NCBI GenBank assembly: GCA_002336035.1
Contig: DDED01000177.1
Coordinates: forward strand, 1 to 57,627
Length of the DNA: 57,627 bases
From: Cellvibrionales bacterium UBA1963
GTDB taxonomy: Bacteria; Pseudomonadota; Gammaproteobacteria; Pseudomonadales; UBA7434
Direction of reading: 5' to 3'
This document shows positions 1-10,468 of this stretch, piece by piece; position 1 is the stretch's first letter; the number at the start of each line of letters is the position of its first letter. The translations under genes were made by a program, and so were the position numbers. The notes below the pieces were generated by a model, which did no database searches, was not told the origin of the DNA, and saw only the letters and a list, made by a program, of their open reading frames with translations.

Positions 1-114
1 TGGTTCGTCTTCGATGATGTGTTCTACAGAGCGCATTTTAGGGTGAATATAGTTCGCTATCGTCTTATGACAATCTAATCTCATAGAAGGCTCTAGGGCT
101 TCGTCATTGGCCAT
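1..114 (-). CDS. 5' end of an unidentified ORF running off the left edge (MANDEALEPSMRLDCHKTIANYIHPKMRSVEHIIEDEP...)
   Basis: Hand translation of the minus strand from ATG 114..112 stays open to base 1. No family recognised. A plus-strand frame is also open up to about base 52, so the orientation is uncertain. Confidence 0.2.
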   Translation of the reverse strand, partial: MANDEALEPSMRLDCHKTIANYIHPKMRSVEHIIEDEP

Positions 115-198
115 CTCTACTACTGGCTTTAAAGCCAGTAGCCATCTATAAAGCTCATCATTAGACGTTTATGTGACTCTGACTTTAATAAAAAACTC

Positions 199-223
199 AA
201 AAAAAACCGCAGACTGGCTGCGG
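199..223 (-). terminator. Rho-independent terminator downstream of gltD
   Basis: Stem CCGCAG (207-212), loop ACTGG, stem CTGCGG (218-223). On the minus strand it is followed by a U-run (plus-strand A-run 199-206). It lies about 90 bp after the gltD stop. Confidence 0.7.
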
Positions 224-311
224 CTTTCCGTTAAAGACAAATGTTAAGCGCACTACCATAGTTGTGACGCATATTTTATGTCAGGTGAATTGTTAGTTGC
301 CCTGCACGCCG

Positions 312-1799
312 TTAAGGTAAATAACTTTTACCCATTAAATATTTATCTACTTCTCGCGCCGCACGACGACCCTCGTCAATAGCCCACACAATTAAGCTCT
401 GGCCTCGCCGACCATCACCCGCAGCAAAAACACCCGGCTTACTGGTTGAAAAGTCGTCATACTGTGCGGCAATATTAGAGCGTGGGTCTTTATCAAGACC
501 AAACTGCTCCACTAAGCCCCCTTCAGGGCCCATAAAACCCATCGCTAACAAAACTATGTCAGCCGGATGTACTTGTTCACTGCCGGCCACTTCTTTAGGA
601 ATCATCTGACCTTCAGGGGTTCGCTCCCATTCAATATCCACGGTGTGAACAGCTTTCACATTCCCGTTGCCATCACTTTCAATCTTTGTGGTCTGAACTA
701 AATAATCACGAGGATCTTTACCCTGCACAGCAATTGACTCTTCTTGACCGTAGTCAATTAGTAACCGTTTTGGCCACTGCGGCCAAGGATTAGTCGACTG
801 CCTTGACGCTGGTGGCTGAGGCATAATCTCAAGCTGAGTGACACTTTCACACTTATGCCGTAACGAGGTTCCCACGCAATCAGTGCCGGTATCACCACCG
901 CCAATAACAATCACATGCTTACCTTCTGCATTAATAAAATTGCCGTCTTGATGAACACTGTCTAATAAACTTTTAGTGTTGGCTCTGAGAAAGTCCATGG
1001 CAAAATGAATACCATTCAATTCTCGGCCTGGTGCCTGTAAATCACGCGGCACGGTTGCACCTACGCATAACACAACAGCATCAAAATCTTTTTCAATTTG
1101 TTCGGCTAAAATATCTTTACCTACTTCAATGCTAGTAATAAATTGAACGCCCTCTTCTGTTAATAAGTCGACACGCCGCTGAACAACTTCTTTTTGCAAC
1201 TTCATGTTAGGAATACCGTACATCAGCAAACCACCTACACGATCAGCACGTTCATAAACCGTTACAGTATGGCCTGCTTTATTCAACTGTGCAGCGGCCG
1301 CTAAACCTGAAGGGCCAGAACCGATCACTGCCACGGTCTTACCACTACGAGAAAGTGGCGGCACGGCGACAACCCAACCCTCATCAAAGCCTCGGTCAAT
1401 AATAGAGACTTCGTGATGCTTTATTGTCACTGGGTCAGCATTGATACCTAACACACAGGCACCTTCACAAGGAGCTGGACACACCCGACCCGTAAATTCC
1501 GGAAAGTTATTCGTTTTATGCAATAAATCTAACGCGTCTTTCCAACGGTCACGATAAATTAAATCGTTCCATTCAGGTATTACATTATTGACTGGGCAAC
1601 CTGCCACAGCAGGTGCATATTCAGACTTTGCCGATTGGCAGAACGGTACACCGCAATCCATACAGCGCGAAGCCTGCTTACGTATATCGTCAGTATCCAT
1701 ATGTTCATGGACTTCGTCCCAGTCGACTAGGCGCAAGGCCGGGTCGCGATCATCGGGCAAAGCCCTATCTACTTTCATAAATCCTGTTGGATTGCCCAT
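312..1799 (-). CDS. gltD: Glutamate synthase small (NADPH) subunit
   Basis: CMDCGVPFC Fe-S motif and GSGPSGLAAA dinucleotide fold, directly downstream of gltB. ATG 1799 is preceded by GGGAGAG. The ORF-track GTG at 1814 is less likely. Confidence 0.93.
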   Translation of the reverse strand: MGNPTGFMKVDRALPDDRDPALRLVDWDEVHEHMDTDDIRKQASRCMDCGVPFCQSAKSEYAPAVAGCPVNNVIPEWNDLIYRDRWKDALDLLHKTNNFPEFTGRVCPAPCEGACVLGINADPVTIKHHEVSIIDRGFDEGWVVAVPPLSRSGKTVAVIGSGPSGLAAAAQLNKAGHTVTVYERADRVGGLLMYGIPNMKLQKEVVQRRVDLLTEEGVQFITSIEVGKDILAEQIEKDFDAVVLCVGATVPRDLQAPGRELNGIHFAMDFLRANTKSLLDSVHQDGNFINAEGKHVIVIGGGDTGTDCVGTSLRHKCESVTQLEIMPQPPASRQSTNPWPQWPKRLLIDYGQEESIAVQGKDPRDYLVQTTKIESDGNGNVKAVHTVDIEWERTPEGQMIPKEVAGSEQVHPADIVLLAMGFMGPEGGLVEQFGLDKDPRSNIAAQYDDFSTSKPGVFAAGDGRRGQSLIVWAIDEGRRAAREVDKYLMGKSYLP

Positions 1800-1825
1800 A
1801 CTACTCTCTCCCACTCAGCCCAGAA

Positions 1826-4800
1826 TTATTGAGCCGCAATATTTTCTAGATGCATATCAAAAGCTTCAACTGCGATATCATATTCAGTGTCAAACTTACC
1901 GGTACTTCTCGCCTGCTCCATATAACCTTGCATTTGTTTATAATCCACTGGCATAACCTTTATGAAACGTTTTATTGATTCGTCCCAATCAGCTAATAAA
2001 GCTGCCGCTACATCAGATTGCGTATTGTCTTTATGCTCTGTAATTAGCGCTTTTAAGTCGACAATATCCTCTGCATTTTCAACAGGCTCAAGCTCAACCA
2101 TTTCCATATTGCAGTTGGCTGCCAACGCTTTATCATCATCTAGTACGTAAGCCACACCACCCGACATACCCGCAGCAAAGTTACGCCCTGTTTTACCTAA
2201 AATAATTGCCTTACCACCGGTCATATATTCACAACCGTGGTCTCCTACACCCTCAACAACAGCTATTGCTCCAGAGTTTCTTACACAGAAACGCTCTCCA
2301 GCCATGCCTCGAATGAAAGCTTTTCCTCCAGTGGCACCAAAGAACGCAACGTTACCTATTAACACATTTTTACTCGGCTCAAACCGCGCAGTTTTATCAG
2401 GATAAACAACCAGATTAGCTCCCGATAAACCCTTACCAAAGTAATCATTAGCATCGCCTTCAAGCTCAAAACGAATACCTTTCGCTGCAAAACAACCAAA
2501 ACTCTGGCCTGCCGAACCATTGAACTTCACTTTAATGGTGTTTTCTGGAAGCCCTTCTGCCGCATATTTTTTTGATACTTCATTCGATATCATTGCGCCC
2601 ACTGTTCGGTCAGTATTCACTACAGAGTACTCTAACTGAACCGGGGTTTGGCTATCTAAAGCGGCTTTTGCATCGACGATCATTTGACGATCAATAATGT
2701 CGTGGATCAAATGCTTTTGTTTAATTGAACAATACAGCGTTTCGTCCTCAGCTGTCTGCTCTTTAAATAATAATGGGCTTAGGTCAACGCCTTTGTATTT
2801 CCAATGATCAACATTGTCTAGTAATTTTAAATTTTGAGTTTGGCCAACCATCTCATTAATTGTTCTATACCCAAGTTCTGCCATTATTTCGCGCAGACCT
2901 TCCGCCATCATAGTAAAGAAGTTAACTACAATGTCGGCCTCCCCGGTAAAGCGTTCGCGTAAATCTTTATCTTGCGTAGCAATACCGACAGGACAAGTAT
3001 TTAAATGGCATTTTCTCATCATAATGCAACCCTCAACCACTAACGCAGCCGTCGCAACACCCCATTCTTCTGCACCCAGCAAAGTTGCTATCGCAAGATC
3101 TCGAGGCGTTTTCAGCTGACCGTCTGTTTGAACGGTAATACGACTTCGTAACTTATTACGAACCAGCGTCTGGTGCGTTTCAGATAAACCCAATTCCCAT
3201 GGTAAGCCGGCATGTTTAATTGAGCTTAATGGCGACGCACCCGTGCCACCATCGTGTCCAGCGATCAAAACTACATCGGCATAACCTTTACAGACGCCAG
3301 ATGCGATAGTGCCAACACCGGCTTCTGAGACCAATTTAACGTTAACGCGCGCCTCTCGATTGGCATTTTTAAGGTCGTAAATTAACTGGGATAAATCTTC
3401 GATTGAATAAATATCATGATGCGGCGGCGGTGAAATCAAACCAACACCTGGCGTTGAACCACGCACTCGACCAATCCATGCGTCAACCTTATGACCCGGC
3501 AACTGTCCACCCTCGCCCGGTTTAGCCCCTTGCGCCATTTTAATCTGAAGCTCATCCGCATTCGTTAGGTAATAACTGGTTACGCCAAATCGACCAGAAG
3601 CAACCTGCTTTATACGCGATTTCATCGAATCGCCATTGTCCAATGGTTTAAACCGGATCGGGTCTTCACCACCCTCACCACTATTACTTTTACCACCAAT
3701 GCGGTTCATCGCAATCGCTAAGGTTGTATGCGCCTCCCAAGAAATAGAGCCAAACGACATGGCACCCGATGCAAAGCGCTTAAAGATATTTTCAATCGGC
3801 TCGACTTCGTCTAGGTGAATTGACTTTTGATTCGGTGAAATCTCCAACAATCCACGCAGGGTAAAAGCTTCTTTGCTTTGCTTATCAACTACTCTAGCGT
3901 AATCCTTAAATTGATCATAATTATTACTCGCCGTCGAATGCTGTAGCAAGCGAATCGTCGTTGGACTGAATAAATGGCGTTCGCCGTCATCTCGCCAAGC
4001 GTAATCGCCGCCTGTCTTCAATAAATTGTCTACGGCGATTCGATCATCAGAAGGAAAGCCATCTCTGTGACGCAATAGTGTCTCTTCAGCTATTTGATCT
4101 AAGCTAATACCTTCTATGCGGCTAATCGTACCCGTGAAATAAGCGCCTATAACTTCACTATTAATACCCAATGCTTCAAAAATTTGCGCGCCTTGATAAG
4201 ACTGTAATGTCGACACACCCATTTTAGAAAATATTTTTAACAGGCCGCTATTAACTGCTTTAACGTACTTAGCGGTTAATTGACCATTGCTTAATTTTTC
4301 GTCGACAACACCCTCATCACGTAACTCAAATAAAGTCTCTAACGCTAAATAAGGATTAACTGCAGCCGCCCCATAACCTAAAACCGTTGCAAAGTGATGT
4401 GTTTCACGGATATCGGCAACTTCAAGGATAATATCTGCCTTGGCCCGCAGACCTTGGCGAATCAAGTAGTGATGCACCGCTGCGGTAGCAAGTAATGAAG
4501 GGATTGCCGCCTGCTCGGCGCTCACCGCCCGATCACTTAATATTAACAGTGAATGGCCTTCAACAACCGCTTGTTTAGCAAGCTCGCATACATGATCGAG
4601 GGCTGCTTTCATTTCACCTTGATCACCACTTGCAGGAAAAGTGATGTCAATTGTTTTAGACTGCAACTCGCCTTGATTAATATGCTTTATTTTTCTCAAG
4701 TCTTCGTTGGTCAATACTGGCTGTTCGATTTCTAGCTTGTGGCAATGTTCAGGCTTCTCTTCTAATAAATTATGCGAATTACCCACATAACCTCTTAAGG

Positions 4801-6427
4801 ACATGACAAGCTCTTCTCTAATCGGATCAATCGGTGGATTGGTAACTTGAGCAAACAACTGCTTAAAATAATGTGATAATTGTTGCGGCCGATTAGAGAG
4901 TATCGCTAACGGAGTATCGGTACCCATTGCGCCGAGAGGCTCTTTACCGGTACCGACCATTTGCTTCAAAATGACATTGAGATCTTCATTGCTATAACCA
5001 AACGCCTTTTGGCTGCGTCGAAGGTTTACTATCGGCAACTGAGAAATAGCATTTTCTGGAACGTCTACATCGCTCAACAACACTTTATTATCGCTTAACC
5101 ATTCGCCATATGGTTGAGAAGAGCAAATACCGTGCTTGACTTCATCGTCGCTGATGATCCGACCCTTTTCTAGATCAGCTATAAAAATCTTACCCGGCTG
5201 CAACCGCCCTTTTTCAACCACGGTTGATTGATCGACACAGAGAGCACCCGTCTCCGAACCCATAATTAAAGTGCCGTCATCCGTTAATAAATAACGAGAG
5301 GGACGCAAGCCGTTACGGTCTAAAGTAGCGCCTATCATTTTTCCATCAGTAAATGAGATTGAGGCAGGGCCATCCCAGGGCTCCATAACGCATGCATAGT
5401 ATTCGTAAAAAGAACGCTTTACAGGGTCCATATCATCTTGGGTCTGCCAAGCTTCAGGCACGACCATCATCATTACTTGAGCAAGTGGTCGGCCGCTTAA
5501 AACTAAAAGCTCAATAGCCATGTCTAAATTTGCCGAGTCAGAATTATCGCGATTACAGATCGGGTTGAGCATTTTCAATTCGGCATCAGTAAAATTAACC
5601 GACTTAAAGACCGCCTCGCGCGCTTCCATCCAATTGATATTTCCTTTAACAGTATTTATCTCACCATTATGAGATAAATATCGAAAAGGCTGTGCGCGCC
5701 GCCAAGCGGGAAAAGTGTTAGTAGAAAATCGCGAATGAAACATGGCTAAACCAGAAATGACACGTTTATCCTGTAGATCTAAATAATATTCTCTGACTTG
5801 CGCAGTGGTGAATTGCCCCTTGTAAACAACCACTGTGGTTGACATAGAGGCGACATAAAATTCATCGGGCTCTTGTGCAATCGTGTTATTAATTGTGTGA
5901 ACAGTATATTTACGGAGTATAAAAAGTTTACGCTCGAATTCTGGCTGGGTTAATCCAGCAGGTTTTTCGATGAACAATTGTTCTATTTGTGGCTCAGTAT
6001 TGACTGCAGCAGTACCCAGCATTGAATTATCACCTGGTACCGGCCGATAACCTAGCTTGTTAAGCCCTAGCTCTAGCATTGCATCATTCAAAATAATGCG
6101 GCATTTCTCTGCCTGCACTGAATCGGTTGGGAAGAAAATCATCCCAACCCCATAGTCACCCACTGCAGGTAAGACGAAATTCAAAGCCTGCGCTTCAGTC
6201 ACGAGAAAATCATGAGGAATCTGAATCAAAATACCAGCACCATCACCACTTTTCACATCAAAGCCTGTGCCGCCACGATGCTCCATACAGGTCAACATGG
6301 TTAATGCATTGTCGATAATATCATGGGATTTTTTGCCCTTAAGATTAGTGACAAAGCCTATACCACAGCTATCATGCTCAAATTCGGCACGGTACAAACC
6401 ACGTGGCTTATTACTGGTGTTAGTCAT
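1826..6427 (-). CDS. gltB: Glutamate synthase large subunit
   Basis: About 1530 aa. Ntn-amidotransferase Cys in ...EHDSCGIGFV, FMN/3Fe-4S region (CHLNTCPVGIATQ) and a GXGXG-type C-terminal domain. ATG 6427 (MTNTSNK) has AGGAA 7 nt upstream. The ORF-track start 6445 is TTG. Confidence 0.97.
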   Translation of the reverse strand: MTNTSNKPRGLYRAEFEHDSCGIGFVTNLKGKKSHDIIDNALTMLTCMEHRGGTGFDVKSGDGAGILIQIPHDFLVTEAQALNFVLPAVGDYGVGMIFFPTDSVQAEKCRIILNDAMLELGLNKLGYRPVPGDNSMLGTAAVNTEPQIEQLFIEKPAGLTQPEFERKLFILRKYTVHTINNTIAQEPDEFYVASMSTTVVVYKGQFTTAQVREYYLDLQDKRVISGLAMFHSRFSTNTFPAWRRAQPFRYLSHNGEINTVKGNINWMEAREAVFKSVNFTDAELKMLNPICNRDNSDSANLDMAIELLVLSGRPLAQVMMMVVPEAWQTQDDMDPVKRSFYEYYACVMEPWDGPASISFTDGKMIGATLDRNGLRPSRYLLTDDGTLIMGSETGALCVDQSTVVEKGRLQPGKIFIADLEKGRIISDDEVKHGICSSQPYGEWLSDNKVLLSDVDVPENAISQLPIVNLRRSQKAFGYSNEDLNVILKQMVGTGKEPLGAMGTDTPLAILSNRPQQLSHYFKQLFAQVTNPPIDPIREELVMSLRGYVGNSHNLLEEKPEHCHKLEIEQPVLTNEDLRKIKHINQGELQSKTIDITFPASGDQGEMKAALDHVCELAKQAVVEGHSLLILSDRAVSAEQAAIPSLLATAAVHHYLIRQGLRAKADIILEVADIRETHHFATVLGYGAAAVNPYLALETLFELRDEGVVDEKLSNGQLTAKYVKAVNSGLLKIFSKMGVSTLQSYQGAQIFEALGINSEVIGAYFTGTISRIEGISLDQIAEETLLRHRDGFPSDDRIAVDNLLKTGGDYAWRDDGERHLFSPTTIRLLQHSTASNNYDQFKDYARVVDKQSKEAFTLRGLLEISPNQKSIHLDEVEPIENIFKRFASGAMSFGSISWEAHTTLAIAMNRIGGKSNSGEGGEDPIRFKPLDNGDSMKSRIKQVASGRFGVTSYYLTNADELQIKMAQGAKPGEGGQLPGHKVDAWIGRVRGSTPGVGLISPPPHHDIYSIEDLSQLIYDLKNANREARVNVKLVSEAGVGTIASGVCKGYADVVLIAGHDGGTGASPLSSIKHAGLPWELGLSETHQTLVRNKLRSRITVQTDGQLKTPRDLAIATLLGAEEWGVATAALVVEGCIMMRKCHLNTCPVGIATQDKDLRERFTGEADIVVNFFTMMAEGLREIMAELGYRTINEMVGQTQNLKLLDNVDHWKYKGVDLSPLLFKEQTAEDETLYCSIKQKHLIHDIIDRQMIVDAKAALDSQTPVQLEYSVVNTDRTVGAMISNEVSKKYAAEGLPENTIKVKFNGSAGQSFGCFAAKGIRFELEGDANDYFGKGLSGANLVVYPDKTARFEPSKNVLIGNVAFFGATGGKAFIRGMAGERFCVRNSGAIAVVEGVGDHGCEYMTGGKAIILGKTGRNFAAGMSGGVAYVLDDDKALAANCNMEMVELEPVENAEDIVDLKALITEHKDNTQSDVAAALLADWDESIKRFIKVMPVDYKQMQGYMEQARSTGKFDTEYDIAVEAFDMHLENIAAQ

Positions 6428-6773
6428 ATCGAAATTCCTATCCAAAACTTATCTTTTAATGCATTTTCAAGTGCAATAAACTAAATTAAAACTTTTAATG
6501 TCACGGAATCAAGGCACTACCCACTGCATTGCAATTCACGACTTAATTAAAATCTTTCACCGAGGACAATCTCCCCGAAAATATCAGGTCAAAAAGCACA
6601 AGCAATTGGGCTTTTCAATGGAGATAAATACATTTTACAAGCAAGAAAGGTATTTAATTAGTACTTCACTGGGTGTGTATTCAAATTGGGCTGTTTGGCA
6701 ACTAAATTTATTTCCCTGAAAAAAAACAATGGTTTACATATAAAAATCTGACTCCGTAACGAGAATAAAGTAC

Positions 6774-6798
6774 AAAAAACACCGACTGATAGCAGTCG
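6774..6798 (-). terminator. Candidate intrinsic terminator with no adjacent gene
   Basis: Stem CGACTG (6783-6788), loop ATAG, stem CAGTCG (6793-6798). On the minus strand it is followed by GUG and U6 (plus-strand A-run 6774-6779). It lies about 570 bp downstream of the nearest co-oriented gene. Confidence 0.35.
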
Positions 6799-7367
6799 CA
6801 TAAAGTACTTTCGTGTACACGGCCTATTTAATAACATTTTTTCTCTAAAATCTACACAAAACACCTCGATATTAACGACTTGCTCAAAGCTTATATCCAG
6901 GAAAATAAGCAACATTTACAAGCATTTATCGAATAAAGAACAATTTTTTGTTCGAAATTTACCGTAAATGATTATCAGTCATGATTAGGTGGCTTTTTTA
7001 CGAGCTAAATTAGCCCCTAAAAGAGAGAAAGGATGGGCGCTAAATTCACAGTGGTTGATCCCATAAAAAACGGTAGCGGGAAGACCATTATTTTAAAGCC
7101 ACACTTCTGTCACTCACCGTCACTTATTGATATTCGAATCTCTTCAAAATATTGCCCAAAACATATTTTATATCTTAAGTACATAATATATATGAATTTA
7201 TAAGACTATTTCTTCCGATGCTGCCGCCTCAGAATCGCCTGGCCGGTGGATTTTAATACACTATTTTTTTTCTGAGCCGATCACAAACACCCAGACCCGT
7301 GCATAAGCAACATGGCTTGCTGTGTTTCAGGAAGGTTTTTAATACACTAGGCTATTGAGCGCTTTGT

Positions 7368-9158
7368 CTAGAAAGGCCAAAACAGAGGAATTAAGGTCAC
7401 CGTGGTGAAGCCCACCAAAACGGTTAATGGCAGACCCATCTTAAGAAAGTCGGTAAAGCGGTATTCACCTGGTCCATAGACCATAAGATTTGTCTGGTAG
7501 CCTATGGGGGTAGAAAAGCTAGCCGATGCAGCAATCATGAGGGTAATAGCCATCGGAATGAGACTTACTTCTAATTGGTTGCTAATCGCTACCGCAAAGG
7601 GAAACATCATTACTGCTGCGGCAACGTTAGAGATCATTGCAGAAAAACCCGCAGTAACAATAAAAAGCACCACTAAGGCTAACTGGGGTGAATTCCCGAC
7701 AAGGTCAATAAAAATATCGGCAATCGCAGTCGCAGCGCCCGATTTATCCAATGCTTGCCCCAACGCTATCGAAGCTCCAATTACGACTAATACAGACCAG
7801 TCGATGCTTCTTCTTGCTTCCTCCGCTCGCGTGCAACGAAAGAAAACCATGGCGCCTGCGGCCAACATAGCCGCCTCTAACATTGATAAAATACCGCTTG
7901 CTGCGACCAACACCATTGCAATGAAAATACTTAACGCAACGCCCATTCGTTCGTGTGATACGGGGTTATAATCATCGATCTTTCTAACTAAAAGAAAATC
8001 TCTAACGTAACGTTGTTGGCGCTCAAAAGAACGACCAGCTTCTATTAAGAGTGTATCGCCAGGCTTTATAGTAATATCGCCAATTCTGCCTTTTATTCTT
8101 TGCCCCTCACGCGCAACAGCAATAATTGCTGCGCCGTAAGTTGAACGAAAACGACCTTCTTTTACTGTTTTACCAATTTGTGGAAAGCTGTTTGAAATCA
8201 CCACCTCAACCAAGTGGCGCTGAGACCGCTCAGTATCAAGTTTAAAAATCTGATCGTCAGCTGGACGTAAACCGCGCATTTTTTGAAGATCGACCACAGA
8301 CTCAACATTGCCTGCGAAAATTAAACGGTCGTCCTCATACAATCGCTGTGCGGGTCCCACGGCAGTAATCAAATGGCCGCTGCGCTGAATTTCAATTAAG
8401 AAAACACCCGGTAGGCTTCGTAGTCCAGCTTGCTCCACGGTTTTTCCTATCAATGGACTGTCCAGCTCAACCAACATTTCAACGGTGTACTGACGTGTAT
8501 CACCGAATTGCTTTTTTTCCTGTTGATTACCTTTTGGCAGCAGAATTGGACTGAGAAAGTAAACATAGACCAGAACAACCAAAACACAGGGAACGCCCAC
8601 CCATGCCAGATCAAATATCCCTAATTCATAAAGCTGTTGACTGTCGATTGTTTGATAATACTCTCGAAGCATGCCATCAACCACCAGGTTAGTACTGGTG
8701 CCAATTAAAGTACAAGATCCGCCAATAATAGCGGCGTAACTCAGCGGCATCATTAACTGTGAAACTGAAAACTTATGCCGCTTTGCCCAGTCAAGTACGG
8801 CAGGAATCATCATCGCAACAACCGGCGTGTTATTAACGACTGAACTAAGGGCTGCTACCGGCAGCATTAGCCGTAATTGCGCCAGACCAATATGAGAAGG
8901 CCGACCCAGTAAACTGCCAGCTAACCAAGCCGCCCCGCCGGTTTGAGACAACCCCTGAGCGACAACAAACAGCAGTGCAACCGTAATCATGCCTTCGTTA
9001 GAAAAACCCGCTAGCGCTTCTTGTGGATTAAGCACGCCACACACTAATAAGGTCGTCACACCGCCCATTAATATTATATCGGGGGCATATCGGGTAAAGA
9101 TTAGCGCAAGAAAACAAACCACTACCACCGTAATGGCTATATAAGCTGTAAATTCCAA
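7368..9158 (-). CDS. SLC13/DASS-type permease with two central TrkA-C (RCK-C) domains (YfbS-like)
   Basis: Many TM segments flank two repeats of the type ...IGKTV.E..LR......I.R.G......P...L...D.L...G. The TTG start at 9158 is preceded by GGAG 7 nt upstream. The first ATG would truncate TM1. Confidence 0.85.
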   Translation of the reverse strand: MEFTAYIAITVVVVCFLALIFTRYAPDIILMGGVTTLLVCGVLNPQEALAGFSNEGMITVALLFVVAQGLSQTGGAAWLAGSLLGRPSHIGLAQLRLMLPVAALSSVVNNTPVVAMMIPAVLDWAKRHKFSVSQLMMPLSYAAIIGGSCTLIGTSTNLVVDGMLREYYQTIDSQQLYELGIFDLAWVGVPCVLVVLVYVYFLSPILLPKGNQQEKKQFGDTRQYTVEMLVELDSPLIGKTVEQAGLRSLPGVFLIEIQRSGHLITAVGPAQRLYEDDRLIFAGNVESVVDLQKMRGLRPADDQIFKLDTERSQRHLVEVVISNSFPQIGKTVKEGRFRSTYGAAIIAVAREGQRIKGRIGDITIKPGDTLLIEAGRSFERQQRYVRDFLLVRKIDDYNPVSHERMGVALSIFIAMVLVAASGILSMLEAAMLAAGAMVFFRCTRAEEARRSIDWSVLVVIGASIALGQALDKSGAATAIADIFIDLVGNSPQLALVVLFIVTAGFSAMISNVAAAVMMFPFAVAISNQLEVSLIPMAITLMIAASASFSTPIGYQTNLMVYGPGEYRFTDFLKMGLPLTVLVGFTTVTLIPLFWPF

Positions 9159-9213
9159 GTTAACGCTCCGATCCTAACAGTGTGTGTGGCCTTCTTACAT
9201 GAATTGTCAAAAT

Positions 9214-10173
9214 TTAGCCATAAATTTTATCTAAGCGATCCAAAAATGCACCTAACTGATCCGCGGGAAGTGCGTTAATGCCGGCGGCGGCGCGTCTTCC
9301 ACCCCCAGTCGGAAACTCTGTGCATAATGTGTCAGCGTGCTGTTTATTGTTTAACGGCGCTCTAACGCTCACTAAGTACGTGCCATCGGGACGTGATGTT
9401 AACACTGCATGGGCGCGATCGGGAGATAGATTAGCAAGATCGTTACCATAGACGCCACTCACACGGCGCGCCCACTTCTCATTGGGCAAAAGAAACGCAG
9501 CCGAAATTGAGGTACTACGAAGCACTTCGGATTGTTGTGCCTGTTGCATATCTTGCTGGTAGCCCATTTCTAATTTCTGAAAATGGATCGCATCCTGGTC
9601 AATAAAGTCTAATGGATTACTGTAATTCGATAACAATGAAAATAAGGTTGCTGGCTCAAAATGAAGATCGTCTAAGCTAGCGCCGTAGCCGTTGTAGTTA
9701 ATGTAGATACCAAAATTTTCTAATAAGTTGATTTGTGCCTCAGTTAAGGACATCGTTTTAGCTAAGGCTAAAGCGCTGCTCTTGAGGTTATCACCAAAAG
9801 CACCGACTATCGCCCAATGGCTGTATCGCCCTTCAAGATAGCCATTGATTAGCAAACTGGTACAAACATCAGCAGCAGGATTGACTAAAGTTTGTAAACG
9901 GGGATGCTCAGGAATGTCACCCGCGGCATGATGATCACAGTAAAAAATACTGGCGCCAGCCGCCAGAATACGAAGGAGGTCTTTTTTATTTTTAGCCATC
10001 GAAACATCAAGCACATTGACATGATCTTCAGCACCTAGCTCTAGTTGAGCAAGCAACTGAATGTCGCGTTTTACACCCGTCACCAACACGGAATCGATGG
10101 GCTTTGCACTGCGAAGCTGTAACAAAGCACAAATGCCGTCAGCATCGCCATTGAAAACATCATAAACTGCCAT
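9214..10173 (-). CDS. DHH/DHHA1-family phosphoesterase, substrate unknown
   Basis: Motifs NGDADG (I), VLDVS (II), CDHHAAG (III) and a C-terminal GGGRRAAAG (DHHA1). Confidence 0.8.
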   Translation of the reverse strand: MAVYDVFNGDADGICALLQLRSAKPIDSVLVTGVKRDIQLLAQLELGAEDHVNVLDVSMAKNKKDLLRILAAGASIFYCDHHAAGDIPEHPRLQTLVNPAADVCTSLLINGYLEGRYSHWAIVGAFGDNLKSSALALAKTMSLTEAQINLLENFGIYINYNGYGASLDDLHFEPATLFSLLSNYSNPLDFIDQDAIHFQKLEMGYQQDMQQAQQSEVLRSTSISAAFLLPNEKWARRVSGVYGNDLANLSPDRAHAVLTSRPDGTYLVSVRAPLNNKQHADTLCTEFPTGGGRRAAAGINALPADQLGAFLDRLDKIYG

Positions 10174-10468
10174 TAAACACCCTGCTTTATGTAACCATAT
10201 TAAAATCTATAAATAACGATAGCAGGGATTCAACGCTAGGGAAACCATCGAAGCGTTAAGAATACGTAGAATTCAAAAGTGTTCAAAGAGTAATCATTGC
10301 GACAACCGAATAATCTCTGCATCATAGCGTTCATGACCGGTGTTACCCAATGCGCATACACGGTGATAAGAGCGCGTTAACAACATAGCAAAAATTTACT
10401 GCCGGGGGAGAAATAAAAAAATAATGCCGCTATTAATGCTCTGCCGTGCATGCCTCTTCAATTCCGCA

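Noticed and set aside
6498-6915. 73-aa (plus strand) and 85-aa (minus strand) ORFs in the gltB upstream spacer.
   Set aside because: AT-rich sequence gives chance ORFs. The two overlap each other and have no SD sequence or motif. The region is treated as non-coding in the findings.
7033-7203. 56-codon plus-strand ORF (MGAKFTVVDPIKNGSGK...) in the same spacer.
   Set aside because: No convincing RBS spacing, an AT-rich tail and no family resemblance. It cannot be supported from the sequence alone.
7504-7971. 155-aa plus-strand ORF antisense to the SLC13 permease. Similar antisense or shadow ORFs occur at 1588-1956, 15958-16404, 19349-19642, 31139-31516, 38700-38963, 39260-39634 and 54684-55085.
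   Set aside because: Each lies wholly inside or across a strongly supported gene. They are low-complexity or Ala/Ser/Thr/Pro-rich translations typical of the opposite strand or an alternate frame, with no recognisable motifs.
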